From: Minisyncoccota bacterium
GTDB taxonomy: Bacteria > Patescibacteriota > Minisyncoccia > Phycocordibacterales > PALSA-1337
Assembly: GCA_028713005.1 (NCBI GenBank)
Contig: JAQTPC010000002.1
Location: 36,643 to 100,642, forward strand
Reading direction: 5' to 3'
DNA: 64,000 nt
Position 1 is the first letter of the stretch; every line of letters begins with the position of its first letter. This document shows, one piece after another, positions 20,285 through 30,901 of the stretch. The translations under genes were made by a program, and so were the position numbers. Below the pieces are notes generated by a model that was not told the origin of the DNA, ran no database searches, and was given only the letters and a program-made list of their open reading frames with translations.

Positions 20285-21405
20285 AAATTCTCTATTTACA
20301 GAATATAAGACTGCCTACAGAAAAAGCGCATGGTCTGCAGGTTATGGAAACATGTCACTCATTGGCCTTCGTAGGACATGAGGTTAGTTTGGTTATAGGT
20401 TCATATCTGTCGCTTGATGAAAATGCGATTTTTGGTTCATATAATATAGAAAAGAATTTTTCACTTAAAAAAGTTCCCGTGAGTTTCGGTCGACAAAATC
20501 CCGAGTACACGGGCTTTTTGATGAAGTCTATCATATATGTCTATAATGCATGGAAATCATACGGAAAGAGCTCGTTTGATATTGTCTATACGCGTGACAC
20601 GTTGACCGCGGTCGTTTTCTCTGTGTTCGGTAAAAAAGTATTTTATGAGATCCATGATGTGCGTCACAGTTTGCTCCAGAGGCTGGCATTAAAGAGGGCG
20701 ATAGGAGTGGTCAGTATTACTCGTGGCTTGGTAGATTATTGTGAAAGTATTGGGATAAAGAAAGAGAAAGTTTGCATTGCTCCAGATGCAGTTGATTTGG
20801 TTGAATTTCAGATCAAAGATACAAAGAGCGAGTGCAGAGCAAAACTCGGCTTGCCTCAAAATAAAAAGATCGTTCTCTATACGGGACATCTCTATTCATG
20901 GAAAGGGGCGGATACGCTCGCTCAGTCAGCGCAGTTTCTAGATGAAAATACAGTGGTTACTTTTGTTGGCGGACATGACTACGATATTGAAGTGTTCAAG
21001 AAGCGTTTTGCTGATGCTCGTATATCAGTGCTTGGACGCAAATCTCATGACCTCATGCCGTACTATATGAAGGCTGCTGATGTGCTGGTTCTGCCTAATA
21101 GCGCCAAAGAAGATATATCGCGTCTCTATACATCGCCAATAAAGCTATTTGAGTATATGGCTAGTGGTCAGCCGATTGTTGCGTCAGATTTACCATCACT
21201 TCGCGAAGTGCTCAATGAAAAGAATTGTACATTTTTTGCTCCCGATGACGCATCGTCGCTTGCAGACTCTATAAAGAAAATATTGGCTAATCAGGAGTCA
21301 GTAGATATACGAGCCAAGCAAGCTTTGATTGATGTGCAGGAGTATACATGGCAAAAACGAGCACAAAAGATTATTGATTTCATCAAGACTATCAAACATG
21401 ATTAA
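20281..21405 (+). CDS. glycosyltransferase family 4
   Basis: YTGHLYSWKG, YTSPIKLFEYMASG. Confidence 0.9.
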   Translation: MKILYLQNIRLPTEKAHGLQVMETCHSLAFVGHEVSLVIGSYLSLDENAIFGSYNIEKNFSLKKVPVSFGRQNPEYTGFLMKSIIYVYNAWKSYGKSSFDIVYTRDTLTAVVFSVFGKKVFYEIHDVRHSLLQRLALKRAIGVVSITRGLVDYCESIGIKKEKVCIAPDAVDLVEFQIKDTKSECRAKLGLPQNKKIVLYTGHLYSWKGADTLAQSAQFLDENTVVTFVGGHDYDIEVFKKRFADARISVLGRKSHDLMPYYMKAADVLVLPNSAKEDISRLYTSPIKLFEYMASGQPIVASDLPSLREVLNEKNCTFFAPDDASSLADSIKKILANQESVDIRAKQALIDVQEYTWQKRAQKIIDFIKTIKHD

Positions 21406-22102
21406 AGACCCAGCATTTTATAATAAAGAAAGCATGCAGTATTCTGCAAAGCGCTATCCAGCAGTAGCTACAAACTACGTTCAATTTTTCTTTAAGAGGA
21501 GACTCAGTTTGACTCTCTCACAAATGAGAGGATTATTTGGTGGGAGTAACAACCTCAGTCTCCTCGAGATCGGTTGTGCAGATGGTGTGGTGATGCGTGA
21601 TATACAGCAAAAATTACCCGCTGTATTTTCGAGTATGACTGGAATCGATACTGCCAAAGATATGATTGTTACCGCAGCTACATTAGACAGTACTCATAAG
21701 ATGAAATTTTATGTTCGTGGTGAAGAGCCAATTCAGACTTATGATGCAGTCGTTGAGGTTGGTGTAGTTAACTATGCTGATTTTGATACCGAGCTCGCAT
21801 ATGCCCGCGATCATCTCAAAGCAGGACAAGTATATATACTTTCTATAGCAGGGAAGGGTTCGCTCAATGCTCGTCTCGGTGACGGCGTCGGGTATAATAA
21901 TTTTTTATCTTACTCAGAATATCAAACTAAAATACGTGCATTATTTGATATTAAAAAAACGATTCCTGTCGGTCTGCGTATACCATTTATGTGGCGCGTA
22001 CCTTTTGTGGCACGTCTCATTCAACCAATCGCTGAAATTATGCTTTCTCGAATCGTGCCAAATCTCTTTCACGAAAAAATCTATATCTTGAGAAAACGTT
22101 AG
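21398..22102 (+). CDS. class I SAM-dependent methyltransferase
   Basis: LLEIGCADG, MTGIDTA. Confidence 0.8.
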   Translation: MIKDPAFYNKESMQYSAKRYPAVATNYVQFFFKRRLSLTLSQMRGLFGGSNNLSLLEIGCADGVVMRDIQQKLPAVFSSMTGIDTAKDMIVTAATLDSTHKMKFYVRGEEPIQTYDAVVEVGVVNYADFDTELAYARDHLKAGQVYILSIAGKGSLNARLGDGVGYNNFLSYSEYQTKIRALFDIKKTIPVGLRIPFMWRVPFVARLIQPIAEIMLSRIVPNLFHEKIYILRKR

Positions 22103-23013
22103 AGTTGAATCCATGATTCAGGTATGAGGTCATGTGCAATGGTCTTTGGGTCACCGAAGCGCTGTTTCGGGGCTATGACGATCTTTTGAGGGTTGGTATT
22201 GAGCCATGCGCCCCACCAGCTATATGAGCTCTTTGCGATGATGTTATGTGTACAAGAGCTCATGATAATGAGCTCTTCATAGTCGGGGATATTATACTCA
22301 GATACATATACTGCATCAGGGCTAAAGTTCATATTATTTTTTACCCACTCTATCTCATCAGAAAATACAAAGACGCGGAGTGGGGCACCGTTTGTTTTTT
22401 CTTTTATATACTCAAGCGCTCCCGAATAATATTCACGCGTTAAATCACCGTGCTTTTTGAGTAAAGCAGGATCATTCACTTGATCGCCACGACGGATATG
22501 GATCGATACTGAAAGAGATGATTCAATCATTTTTTCAAGTTCAGCTCCTCTATCTGAGAGTGGTTTTTTGAGCTGAAAATCACTTTTGATTGTTGTTTCA
22601 AATTGTTTGAAATATTTTTCACTTTGCCATACGCCAGAAAGATAGCAATCATGATCAATCTGCATGACCTCAGGTATAAAGTCGAAGCCAGGCTCAAGGA
22701 TGATCTTTCTTTTTTGGAGTGGTTTGATCGATTCGATGAATCTAAATCCTTTGCGAATAATCTTTGAAAATACGTCCTGTTTTATAGGGTTTGGAATACC
22801 TGTTTTTATGAAGTTACTATCTGTAGCGATGAGCTGTTCGATATGTTGAATATTAAAATGGGGAAGTTTGAATGAACGATTAGGTTCGATGTTGAGGCCA
22901 TAAAAGTGCGTATCAAGCTTGAGTTCAGTATTGTGTGCAAGCGATAGCGCTCGCCCTAGAGCGTACTGAAAGAGTTGGTTGCCTATGCCTCCTGATATGC
23001 GAATAATAATCAT
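22099..23013 (-). CDS. alpha-1,2-fucosyl/colitosyl-transferase (GT11)
   Basis: GGIGNQLFQY, GVWQSEKYF, SIHIRRGD, FSDEIEW, AKSSYSWWGAWL. Confidence 0.92.
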   Translation of the reverse strand: MIIIRISGGIGNQLFQYALGRALSLAHNTELKLDTHFYGLNIEPNRSFKLPHFNIQHIEQLIATDSNFIKTGIPNPIKQDVFSKIIRKGFRFIESIKPLQKRKIILEPGFDFIPEVMQIDHDCYLSGVWQSEKYFKQFETTIKSDFQLKKPLSDRGAELEKMIESSLSVSIHIRRGDQVNDPALLKKHGDLTREYYSGALEYIKEKTNGAPLRVFVFSDEIEWVKNNMNFSPDAVYVSEYNIPDYEELIIMSSCTHNIIAKSSYSWWGAWLNTNPQKIVIAPKQRFGDPKTIAHDLIPESWIQL

Positions 23014-23014
23014 A

Positions 23015-24670
23015 TTAGTTGAAATATTTTTTGTATGCTTCTTTATTTTTGAGGATGAATAAAGGGAGGTCACTCTCATCTTTCCAGAAGGCGAATTTTC
23101 TTCCGACAAAATCTTTGTTGTCAGACATCATCTGTTCGATCTTTGATTTTATCTCTGTATTGTTAAATTCCTGGTGTCCATATGATTCAATCTTTTTTCT
23201 GATCTGATCCGCACCGCCCATGTTGGTGAAATGCCAACCGCCATTTTTAACATAGGTATATGAAGTCTTTTTCTCAGACCGGAGGTCGTTGAGGTAGCTA
23301 TCTTTTATAATCTTATATTTTGCAACAAGAGGGCCAATCCATGATTCGCTTGAACGATTGTTGAGATAGTACGCATACATATACTGCTTCAGGCGATATA
23401 TCCTATTTTGTGTATAGTCTACTTTAGCATCAGGATTCCATATCTCATCCACGTCAGAGACGTAGCAGATATCATCATCATTGAGACCTACGAGGGCTTT
23501 TTTAATTGATTCTTTTTGGTAGAGCTCTTTTGTCCAATCGACGCCATTTTCTCCGGTAACGCTGTGAGCAAAGACATCTTCAGTAATCTTTTTGTCTATT
23601 TCGTCAGTGTATTTTTTGGCATCAAATTTAGCTTTCAGTTCATCGGTCGTAGCTGCTGCATCCGCTACTACATAATGGATTATTTTATCTTTCCACTGAG
23701 CAAAGCGCTCTTTATTTTCCGCAAAGTATAATGGCTTTGGCATACCAGAAAATGTCTTTGGTGCTTCAACGATAACAAAATAATCGACATGTGGATCGAG
23801 TATATTCAAACGGATCTCAAGTAGATCAAGCTCATTAAAAAATGTGAATATGTCGTAGACTTTGATCTTTTCTCTATAGGCGCTACTTGTTTTGTTGGGC
23901 GCAAGTTGATTTTTGATCGACGAAAGCTCTCGCTTAAGGAATCTCTTTATACCACGCGACTCATAGCGCAGTTTCCCGTGTACCTTGTTTGAATATTTTT
24001 TTATTGAAGTTATTTTTTTCTCTGCTGATTGTATGATTCCCGCGAGGCCTTGTTTTTTAGCATGAAATCCAAAGGGGCGAGGATATGAATCGTCACATAC
24101 TTTTTCTCTACTAAATATTGAAGCGACCGATACAGGTGCGAACTTAACCCCGTTTTCTTCAAGTACTTTTCGATAATAGACACAGAGATTTCCGTCCTCA
24201 TTAAAATAACCCGTACCGTTGTCAGTGAAAGGTAGATTGAGTTTTGCTGGCACCTCAAGGAGTTTTTTGCTTCTGAGTGAGAATCCTCCATTACCAACGC
24301 GAACATTAACACCTTCTTTGGTGAAATGAAGATTTTTTGGCCACGGTGCGCCAATATAGTCATAGCTGAGAAATTCATCTCGCCATTCTTTTGGTCGGAT
24401 CACGTAACCATCGTATTGGACGACCAGAGCAAAATCTGTGTGTATGTAATCCTTGAGCTTATACAGCATGAAATCGCTATAACCCTTATAATCGAGCTTT
24501 TCGATTGTTATGACCTTGATACCTTCTTTCTCCAAAGATATCTTTTCGTGTGTCAGTAACAATGCCTCACTAAAACGTATTCCTACCATGCTCTTTTTGA
24601 GTGCAGTGATAGTCTCAGGTATTCGTATGCTTGATACAGCAACGAGTGTTACATGTGGCAGGTCTTTCAT
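23015..24670 (-). CDS. fusion of a DUF5672-like domain and a GT17 (beta-1,4-GlcNAc-transferase-like) domain
   Basis: N-half: VVQYDG, YDYIGAPW, VGNGGFSLRS, PFGFH. C-half: FFNELDLLEIRL, SDVDEIW, GGWHF, KKIESYGHQE. Confidence 0.8.
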   Translation of the reverse strand: MKDLPHVTLVAVSSIRIPETITALKKSMVGIRFSEALLLTHEKISLEKEGIKVITIEKLDYKGYSDFMLYKLKDYIHTDFALVVQYDGYVIRPKEWRDEFLSYDYIGAPWPKNLHFTKEGVNVRVGNGGFSLRSKKLLEVPAKLNLPFTDNGTGYFNEDGNLCVYYRKVLEENGVKFAPVSVASIFSREKVCDDSYPRPFGFHAKKQGLAGIIQSAEKKITSIKKYSNKVHGKLRYESRGIKRFLKRELSSIKNQLAPNKTSSAYREKIKVYDIFTFFNELDLLEIRLNILDPHVDYFVIVEAPKTFSGMPKPLYFAENKERFAQWKDKIIHYVVADAAATTDELKAKFDAKKYTDEIDKKITEDVFAHSVTGENGVDWTKELYQKESIKKALVGLNDDDICYVSDVDEIWNPDAKVDYTQNRIYRLKQYMYAYYLNNRSSESWIGPLVAKYKIIKDSYLNDLRSEKKTSYTYVKNGGWHFTNMGGADQIRKKIESYGHQEFNNTEIKSKIEQMMSDNKDFVGRKFAFWKDESDLPLFILKNKEAYKKYFN

Positions 24671-24674
24671 ATGA

Positions 24675-25703
24675 TTACTGTAGCATATCGCCGTTCATGA
24701 GCTTTCTCAAGCGTATGTAACTTCGTCTGAGGAACATCTTTTTTATATCGATCACTGCCCTAAATGTGGATGATTCTTTTCTTAATGTGTGAAAGATACG
24801 CACATTTTCTCTTATCTTATTTTTTAAAGAGGGTTGATAGGTTGTAGTACCCGAATATATGTTGGTATGTGAGGATGTGTAGGTTTTTAATTCCTTCTGA
24901 CATTCATCATAGGTTTGCAATGCACCAGTGCGGTCTTGATACATCCAGCCTGTGGTGAGGCTATACCCGGGACACCAAAATCCATCTGATATATTGTGAC
25001 GTGCCCAGTATTTTGGTGCGATGCAGTATTTGAGATTTTGGGAAAGCCAGGCAGGGAACCAGGCAAAGCTCGAGTTAGAGAGTATGAGGTAGTGAGCATT
25101 TTTTATCACCGCATAATCTTTACCGATGTTAAAGTGATGTATTTCGAGGTCAGGAAAGAATGTTTTTGCAGTAGCCGGGTCTTCGGTGATGACGATAAAT
25201 CTGAACCTTGGATGTATCTTTTTCATATGATCCATCGCATGTCTCCAGTAGCTCGGTGGGAGCAAAAGCTCTTTTTCGCTGACATAGCCGCTTCCTCGAA
25301 AATTGACGATGCATATGTCGTCGCTGGCAAAATCCTTAAAATCGGCCTCAGGTTTGACTGCGAGCCATTCGCGTATCTCATCTTTTCTATGAGCGATATA
25401 TCGTTCATCCTGCATGATGCCATCTATTTTTGTATCGTCGGCGACATTCATCAGACCCTCATCATAAATACGTATATCTGCGCCGTTCAGTGGATGTAAA
25501 AGTTCTTTTTCCTGGTAATGAAATGTGGGGTTTTTGAGTACAGTTTTGCCAAGGTCAAGATTCAAAAAATCAGCACCTTTGAATACTTCAGGTGATTGTA
25601 TGCCAAAATCATAACCTTTATCTTTGGCAATACTTCGAGTGACTACATAGCACCAGAGTTGGTTGCCGAGTCCTTGTCCTTTGTAAAATTGCGTCGTTAT
25701 CAT
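24675..25703 (-). CDS. GT11-like glycosyltransferase
   Basis: GQGLGNQLW, NFRG, LILSNSSFAWFPAWL, IAPKYW. Confidence 0.78.
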   Translation of the reverse strand: MITTQFYKGQGLGNQLWCYVVTRSIAKDKGYDFGIQSPEVFKGADFLNLDLGKTVLKNPTFHYQEKELLHPLNGADIRIYDEGLMNVADDTKIDGIMQDERYIAHRKDEIREWLAVKPEADFKDFASDDICIVNFRGSGYVSEKELLLPPSYWRHAMDHMKKIHPRFRFIVITEDPATAKTFFPDLEIHHFNIGKDYAVIKNAHYLILSNSSFAWFPAWLSQNLKYCIAPKYWARHNISDGFWCPGYSLTTGWMYQDRTGALQTYDECQKELKTYTSSHTNIYSGTTTYQPSLKNKIRENVRIFHTLRKESSTFRAVIDIKKMFLRRSYIRLRKLMNGDMLQ

Positions 25704-25707
25704 AGTA

Positions 25708-27183
25708 TTACTTAATTTTTCGGAGTATCACGCATTCATCACGGAGTTCTTGCTTGAAATGGTATTTTTCTATTGCACTATAAAATGCGGCGCTCGAGCC
25801 GGGTTTCATCCGGTCATGAAGTTCGATAATGAGTATGTTGACCTTGCTCAACCATGAGTCACAATTTCCCGAAAAGAGTTCTTTTTCAGCACCTTCTATA
25901 TCTAGTTTTAAAATATCGATCTCAGCATATCCTGACATCTTGAGCACATCATCAATAGTGATTGCTTCAACGACATTGTCACCACCAGATTGTGCTTCTG
26001 TAGTAGTGAATGCCCATTCGCCTAGACCACTATCATTAACGGCTAACTTAGTTGTTTTATTCCATAAACCTTTTTTAAGAGGATGAATGAGAGGATATCG
26101 AGATACATTTTTCTGTAATGTACGGAAGTTTGTATTTTCTGGTTCAATGGCAAATATTTTTGCGGTAGGAAACTGCTTTGCAAAAAAGACAGATGTGTAG
26201 CCAACATTAGCGCCACCATCGATGATGAACTTTGGTTGTATAGTGCCATAATCTATGCCGTATTGTTTTTCGATGAAAACCTGCCTGATAACCGCTGCGT
26301 CAGAAGTATTGAAACGTACGATAAGTGGGAAGAAAGTAATACGATACTTAATCGTTGTTAAGATGTGCAGAGTAGTCTTTTTTGTCGCTAGATACCATGA
26401 GCGCATGCCTGAATTTGTGTTTCGTTTGATGAATTCTTTTATTTGTCTCTTGTACCTTTTAAGCTTGTAAGTAATGAGTTTCTGCCAAAAACCAGATATA
26501 TTGTATTTCTTAAGTATATAGCGGTATTCATTCTCTCGTATTTTCTCTTTGCTTGAATTGCCCATCTGGTTTCCATGGACACGGATGACGACGTTTACAT
26601 CATTTAATATCTTGGGTGCACCATAGCGTTCGTAGTATCTCTTATAAAAATCGAGATCCTGCCACCATATGAGATTAGTATCAAATAAAACAGGGTTATC
26701 ATTTCGTAGTGTCGCTACCGAAGGTGCACTGATAGTGTTTTTGAAGAGTATTTTCTCATCATTATATGTAGGAAAGAAAGGACGATAAAATGTCTCTCCA
26801 TCCTTAGATGAAATACTTGCAGTAAGGAGCCAACGGTCTTTTTCAAGATCAAAGTTCTGTGCGATTTCTTCAAGTGCTTTTGGATGATAGAGAAAATCAT
26901 CGAGGAAAAGTATCTTAATCAATTTTCCTGTAGCGTGCTTGATGGCATTATTATTGTTATCGGACGGCGTTGCCTCTGGCTTTTCTCTGAAATAATGGAT
27001 ATCGAGACTGTTACTGTATTCTTTGCATACTTTGTCTATCTCATCGTTTTTTGATTGGTCAGATATGACTACGTCAAAATCAGTGAATGTTTGCAATATA
27101 AGCTTGTCAAAACTGAATCGCAAAAAATCTGCACCTTTACCACCCATTTCATATGTAGATATACAGATGCTGATTAGTTTCAT
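25708..27183 (-). CDS. GT2 glycosyltransferase fused to an FkbM-family methyltransferase
   Basis: N: ISICISTYE, VVISDQS, ILFLDD. C: IIDGGANVG, AIEPE, ILKLDIEGAE, IIELHD. Confidence 0.85.
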   Translation of the reverse strand: MKLISICISTYEMGGKGADFLRFSFDKLILQTFTDFDVVISDQSKNDEIDKVCKEYSNSLDIHYFREKPEATPSDNNNNAIKHATGKLIKILFLDDFLYHPKALEEIAQNFDLEKDRWLLTASISSKDGETFYRPFFPTYNDEKILFKNTISAPSVATLRNDNPVLFDTNLIWWQDLDFYKRYYERYGAPKILNDVNVVIRVHGNQMGNSSKEKIRENEYRYILKKYNISGFWQKLITYKLKRYKRQIKEFIKRNTNSGMRSWYLATKKTTLHILTTIKYRITFFPLIVRFNTSDAAVIRQVFIEKQYGIDYGTIQPKFIIDGGANVGYTSVFFAKQFPTAKIFAIEPENTNFRTLQKNVSRYPLIHPLKKGLWNKTTKLAVNDSGLGEWAFTTTEAQSGGDNVVEAITIDDVLKMSGYAEIDILKLDIEGAEKELFSGNCDSWLSKVNILIIELHDRMKPGSSAAFYSAIEKYHFKQELRDECVILRKIK

Positions 27184-27189
27184 GATGTT

Positions 27190-27975
27190 CTATTTTGCCT
27201 TGGAACCACCAGTCTTTTGCTTTGCCCACGTAAGTTCAGAAACACGCTTCCACATAAATCGAACCTTGCGGCGTGTTCTGTCGAGGAGACGTGGCATATC
27301 AACTACATATGTAGAACCTTCGATTTTTGCAGGGTATTTTTTTATAAATACAATGCTGCGGTATAGGTGCATAAATTGGATAGCATCTTCCCACCATGAA
27401 AGCACGGTTTTATTGTTGAGGTGATAAGCGTCAGTTGCATCGAGCGCATGATTTCCGGTGCCCGATTTGCCAGATGAATTAACATAATCAACCAACTCCT
27501 TGATCTTATCGATGAATACAGGTTCGCCCGCGCCATGTGTCTTTCCCCAGTAACACATATGGAGATCTTCGACGACATAGATGCCATCGGGTTTCAGGAG
27601 AGGAAAGAGGCAATCAAAACTTGCTTTCATATCAGGATTTCGGTGACTACCGTCGTCGATGATGATATCGAATGGGCCATGCTTTTTGTTGATCATGGCG
27701 AGAAATGCAGGATCGCTTTGGTCACCTTTTTCAGTATATATCCTCTCTTGTTCAAGCTCTTTGCAATCTTCTATATCTGCACCAACTAGTTTTGCTTTAA
27801 TGAAGTATTCTTTCCAGGTGAGGAGTGAGTGTCCATTGGCGATGCCTATCTCAAGAATTGTTATAGGCTTATCGCGAAGTGCTTCAAAATAGGCAGCATA
27901 CAGCTTTGTATAGTTGTGTTTTCTGCTTGATTTGTCTGTACCGTATTTCAGTGCGATCTCATCGAGTGTCTTCAT
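27190..27975 (-). CDS. sugar O-methyltransferase (MycE/TylE-like class I SAM)
   Basis: YGTDK, ILEIGI, GDQSD, FDIIIDDGSH, LKPDGIYVVED. Confidence 0.82.
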   Translation of the reverse strand: MKTLDEIALKYGTDKSSRKHNYTKLYAAYFEALRDKPITILEIGIANGHSLLTWKEYFIKAKLVGADIEDCKELEQERIYTEKGDQSDPAFLAMINKKHGPFDIIIDDGSHRNPDMKASFDCLFPLLKPDGIYVVEDLHMCYWGKTHGAGEPVFIDKIKELVDYVNSSGKSGTGNHALDATDAYHLNNKTVLSWWEDAIQFMHLYRSIVFIKKYPAKIEGSTYVVDMPRLLDRTRRKVRFMWKRVSELTWAKQKTGGSKAK

Positions 27976-29588
27976 AGAAGTGAATTGATTAGTGTTTGTA
28001 TTTTCGCATTGCGCTCTTCACGATTGCGGAGCGTTTTCCAGCCTGAGGAGCCAAATAAATGCATCCAATCACCGAGGTATTCTATCATATCTACTGAAGG
28101 ATCCATGACCTTGGTTTTCGGGGTACCCGCGTCAGTAATTGCTACATATGATGAGACAGGAAATTCGATTTTTGTCTTATCGAGCTTTGAATACAAATGC
28201 TTCCAGTTCATGCCTCCTGTATCCACACCGACCCCACCAATTTTTCCGTTCATAAAGTTTGGCTGTACTACGGCGTTACTTTTAAAGAAACAAAATCCAG
28301 CCCACAAGTACCATAGATTATTTTTTCTGATCTGTAGATGCCCAAATATTGATTGTGCATCAAGTATAGATATGACACCTGTTTTTTTGATAGGGAAGAT
28401 ATCGTGATCAAGAAAGCCAAAATAGTGAGCGTTTCTCTTATTAAAATAATTTTTATATATCCAGTTGAGCGACGAGCCGTGCGATGCTGATCGAGTGAGA
28501 TAGTTTTTTGGAAGTTTTACATAGGCTATTTTTTCTGCCGCGCATAGTCTTTTTATCTCCTCAGCTTTGTCTGTATCAGTTGAATTGTCGAATACGGTAT
28601 AAAAATAGGGATCAGTGATATTTTTTCGTATGAGCTTTATTTGCCAAGCGATTACTTCAGGTTTATTGAAGGCGACTGTAGCAAGATCGAGAATATTTTT
28701 ATCCTTTAACTGACTATTGGTACAGTTGATATGTTCACAGACGTCAAAGCTAACTTTATAAAATTCATACTCTTTCTTTCTTAAATATATTTTTTTGTAT
28801 AAGTAGGAAACGGTGTTAGTGATTCTTTTTACTACATATGTGCATAGTGGCAATACATAGAGTGGATGCAAAAATGCAAGTTTCTTGATAAGAAAATGAA
28901 AGTACATTTTCTGTATTTGCGCGAGTTCTATGGCATGCACTCTACCTTCATAATAGGTACTTAGTTGGTTGGCATGAATTCTTTTTTGGGTAAGCACCTG
29001 TGGAATGTTAGCGATGTGTAGTCCACTCATGATTGCTCGTACGTAAAAATCATATTCATTTTCATAGCGATATGTATCTGCATACGTCACATTCTTTTCT
29101 TTAATATCCTGTGCACGGATGATTGCAGTTGTAGATTCAATCTGGTTACCCAAAAGCATGGCAGCCATCGTAGTATCAGATACAGGATCACATACGTCTT
29201 TATTTTTTGATCCAAATAACGAGACCAATGTTCCTGAAATGGAAACCTTTGGATTGGTATCCATAAACGCTACTTGGGTTTTGATTCGCTCCGACAGACT
29301 GATATCATCAGCATCCATCCTGGCAATATATTTTCCTTTAGACACATTCAGCCCTTTATTTAATGAAGTGACAATGCCGCGATTCACCTCGTTTTCAAGG
29401 TAGTGAATACGGTAGTCTGTGTAGGACTTTATGATTTCTTTTGTTCGATCAGTTGAACCGTCATTTATAATGATAAGTTCAAAATTTGAAAAAGTTTGAG
29501 AGAGAATACTATCGACCGCCTCTTTTATGTATGTTTCGCCGTTGTAAACGGGGAGAATGATCGATACGGCTGGTTGTATGTGTGCCAT
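27972..29588 (-). CDS. GT2 glycosyltransferase with a second GT-A-like C-terminal domain
   Basis: VSIILPVYNGE, IIINDGSTD, YIARMDADD; C-terminal VFDNS...FGFLDHDIFP. Confidence 0.85.
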   Translation of the reverse strand: MAHIQPAVSIILPVYNGETYIKEAVDSILSQTFSNFELIIINDGSTDRTKEIIKSYTDYRIHYLENEVNRGIVTSLNKGLNVSKGKYIARMDADDISLSERIKTQVAFMDTNPKVSISGTLVSLFGSKNKDVCDPVSDTTMAAMLLGNQIESTTAIIRAQDIKEKNVTYADTYRYENEYDFYVRAIMSGLHIANIPQVLTQKRIHANQLSTYYEGRVHAIELAQIQKMYFHFLIKKLAFLHPLYVLPLCTYVVKRITNTVSYLYKKIYLRKKEYEFYKVSFDVCEHINCTNSQLKDKNILDLATVAFNKPEVIAWQIKLIRKNITDPYFYTVFDNSTDTDKAEEIKRLCAAEKIAYVKLPKNYLTRSASHGSSLNWIYKNYFNKRNAHYFGFLDHDIFPIKKTGVISILDAQSIFGHLQIRKNNLWYLWAGFCFFKSNAVVQPNFMNGKIGGVGVDTGGMNWKHLYSKLDKTKIEFPVSSYVAITDAGTPKTKVMDPSVDMIEYLGDWMHLFGSSGWKTLRNREERNAKIQTLINSLL

Positions 29589-29609
29589 ATATGTATAGGG
29601 TAACTAAGT

Positions 29610-30884
29610 CTACTTATTTTTGAATGTGTAGGAGATGATGTTGCTTGGAAAATCTTTGCCCGGTTGAAGGCGGAAGTTGAACTTCTCAATATCAGTTGTA
29701 GTAACTTCGAACTGTACGATATTTTCGAGCACGTCGCGGTTTGATCCTGCGGCAATGAGCCATACCGTGATCGAGTATCTGCCTGCCTTGAGATTGATGG
29801 GCGCTGTCTCGCAGATGATAGTTCCATGAGAGGGGATATGCTCACCGAGTGTTTCGGCTGAGATGGCACTGTCTATAAAGAGTACTCTTTTTTGAGTCAA
29901 TTCATCGGTCACGATGATGTTGATCTGAGGATCGATGATGTCACCTTTGGTATCATTTGCATACTCAAGTTTGAAATGGAGACGGCTGTCACTTTTGACT
30001 GGACCACCACCAATAGCGGAAACATCGATACCTTTGAAATGAGGGCCTTTTTTATCTGCACGGTTAGCGAGTTTTTCTGTTGCCTCCTTGCCACCAATGA
30101 TCGGTTGTCCGTTGAGATATGCATCGATGATCTCCTTTGTCTCGCCGATCTGCTTGATTGTGCCACCTTCAAGCCAAATAGTTTTTTTACAGAGTCGTTC
30201 AACTGCTGCCATATTATGACTGACGAAGAGGATGGTACGTCCTTCTTTTTGTGTCACTTCCTGCATCTTACCAAGACATTTTTTCTGGAATTCTGCATCG
30301 CCGACAGCGAGTACTTCATCGACGATGAGGATATCTGGTTCCATATGTGCAGCAACAGAGAAGGCGAGACGGACATACATGCCACTCGAATAGCGCTTTA
30401 CCGGTGTATCGAGGAATCTGTCGACGCCGGCGAACTCAACTATCCGATCGAACTTTTTTGCAATTTCTGTGCGTTTCATGCCGAGGATAGCGCCATTCAA
30501 AAATATATTTTCACGACCAGTGAGCTCAGGGTGGAAGCCAGTACCAACTTCAAGGAGGGAGCCAACACGTCCGCGGAGGATGATCTCGCCCTCGGTTGGA
30601 GGAGTGATCTGGGAGAGTATCTTGAGGAGAGTTGATTTTCCTGCACCATTGCGTCCGATGATGCCGATGACTTCACCTTTTTGTACGTCAAAACTGACAT
30701 TGCGTAATGCCCAGAAATCTTCACGACTCTCCATGCCAGTAACTTGGCGAGCTTTTTTTGCAAGAAATGCAAATGGCTTTTTTATGATGCCTGCAAGTAC
30801 ATCACGGAGTGCTACGTAGCGGCCACGCTCATGGTTGATGAGATATTTTTTGCCGACGCCTTTGACTTCGATGATAGGATTCAT
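29610..30884 (-). CDS. wzt: polysaccharide ABC exporter ATPase Wzt with C-terminal carbohydrate-binding domain
   Basis: GRNGAGKST, GFHPELTGRENI, YSSGMYVRLAF, IVDEVLAVGD; beta-rich C-terminal extension. Confidence 0.93.
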   Translation of the reverse strand: MNPIIEVKGVGKKYLINHERGRYVALRDVLAGIIKKPFAFLAKKARQVTGMESREDFWALRNVSFDVQKGEVIGIIGRNGAGKSTLLKILSQITPPTEGEIILRGRVGSLLEVGTGFHPELTGRENIFLNGAILGMKRTEIAKKFDRIVEFAGVDRFLDTPVKRYSSGMYVRLAFSVAAHMEPDILIVDEVLAVGDAEFQKKCLGKMQEVTQKEGRTILFVSHNMAAVERLCKKTIWLEGGTIKQIGETKEIIDAYLNGQPIIGGKEATEKLANRADKKGPHFKGIDVSAIGGGPVKSDSRLHFKLEYANDTKGDIIDPQINIIVTDELTQKRVLFIDSAISAETLGEHIPSHGTIICETAPINLKAGRYSITVWLIAAGSNRDVLENIVQFEVTTTDIEKFNFRLQPGKDFPSNIISYTFKNK

Positions 30885-30901
30885 ATAGGTGATTGGAAAT
30901 G

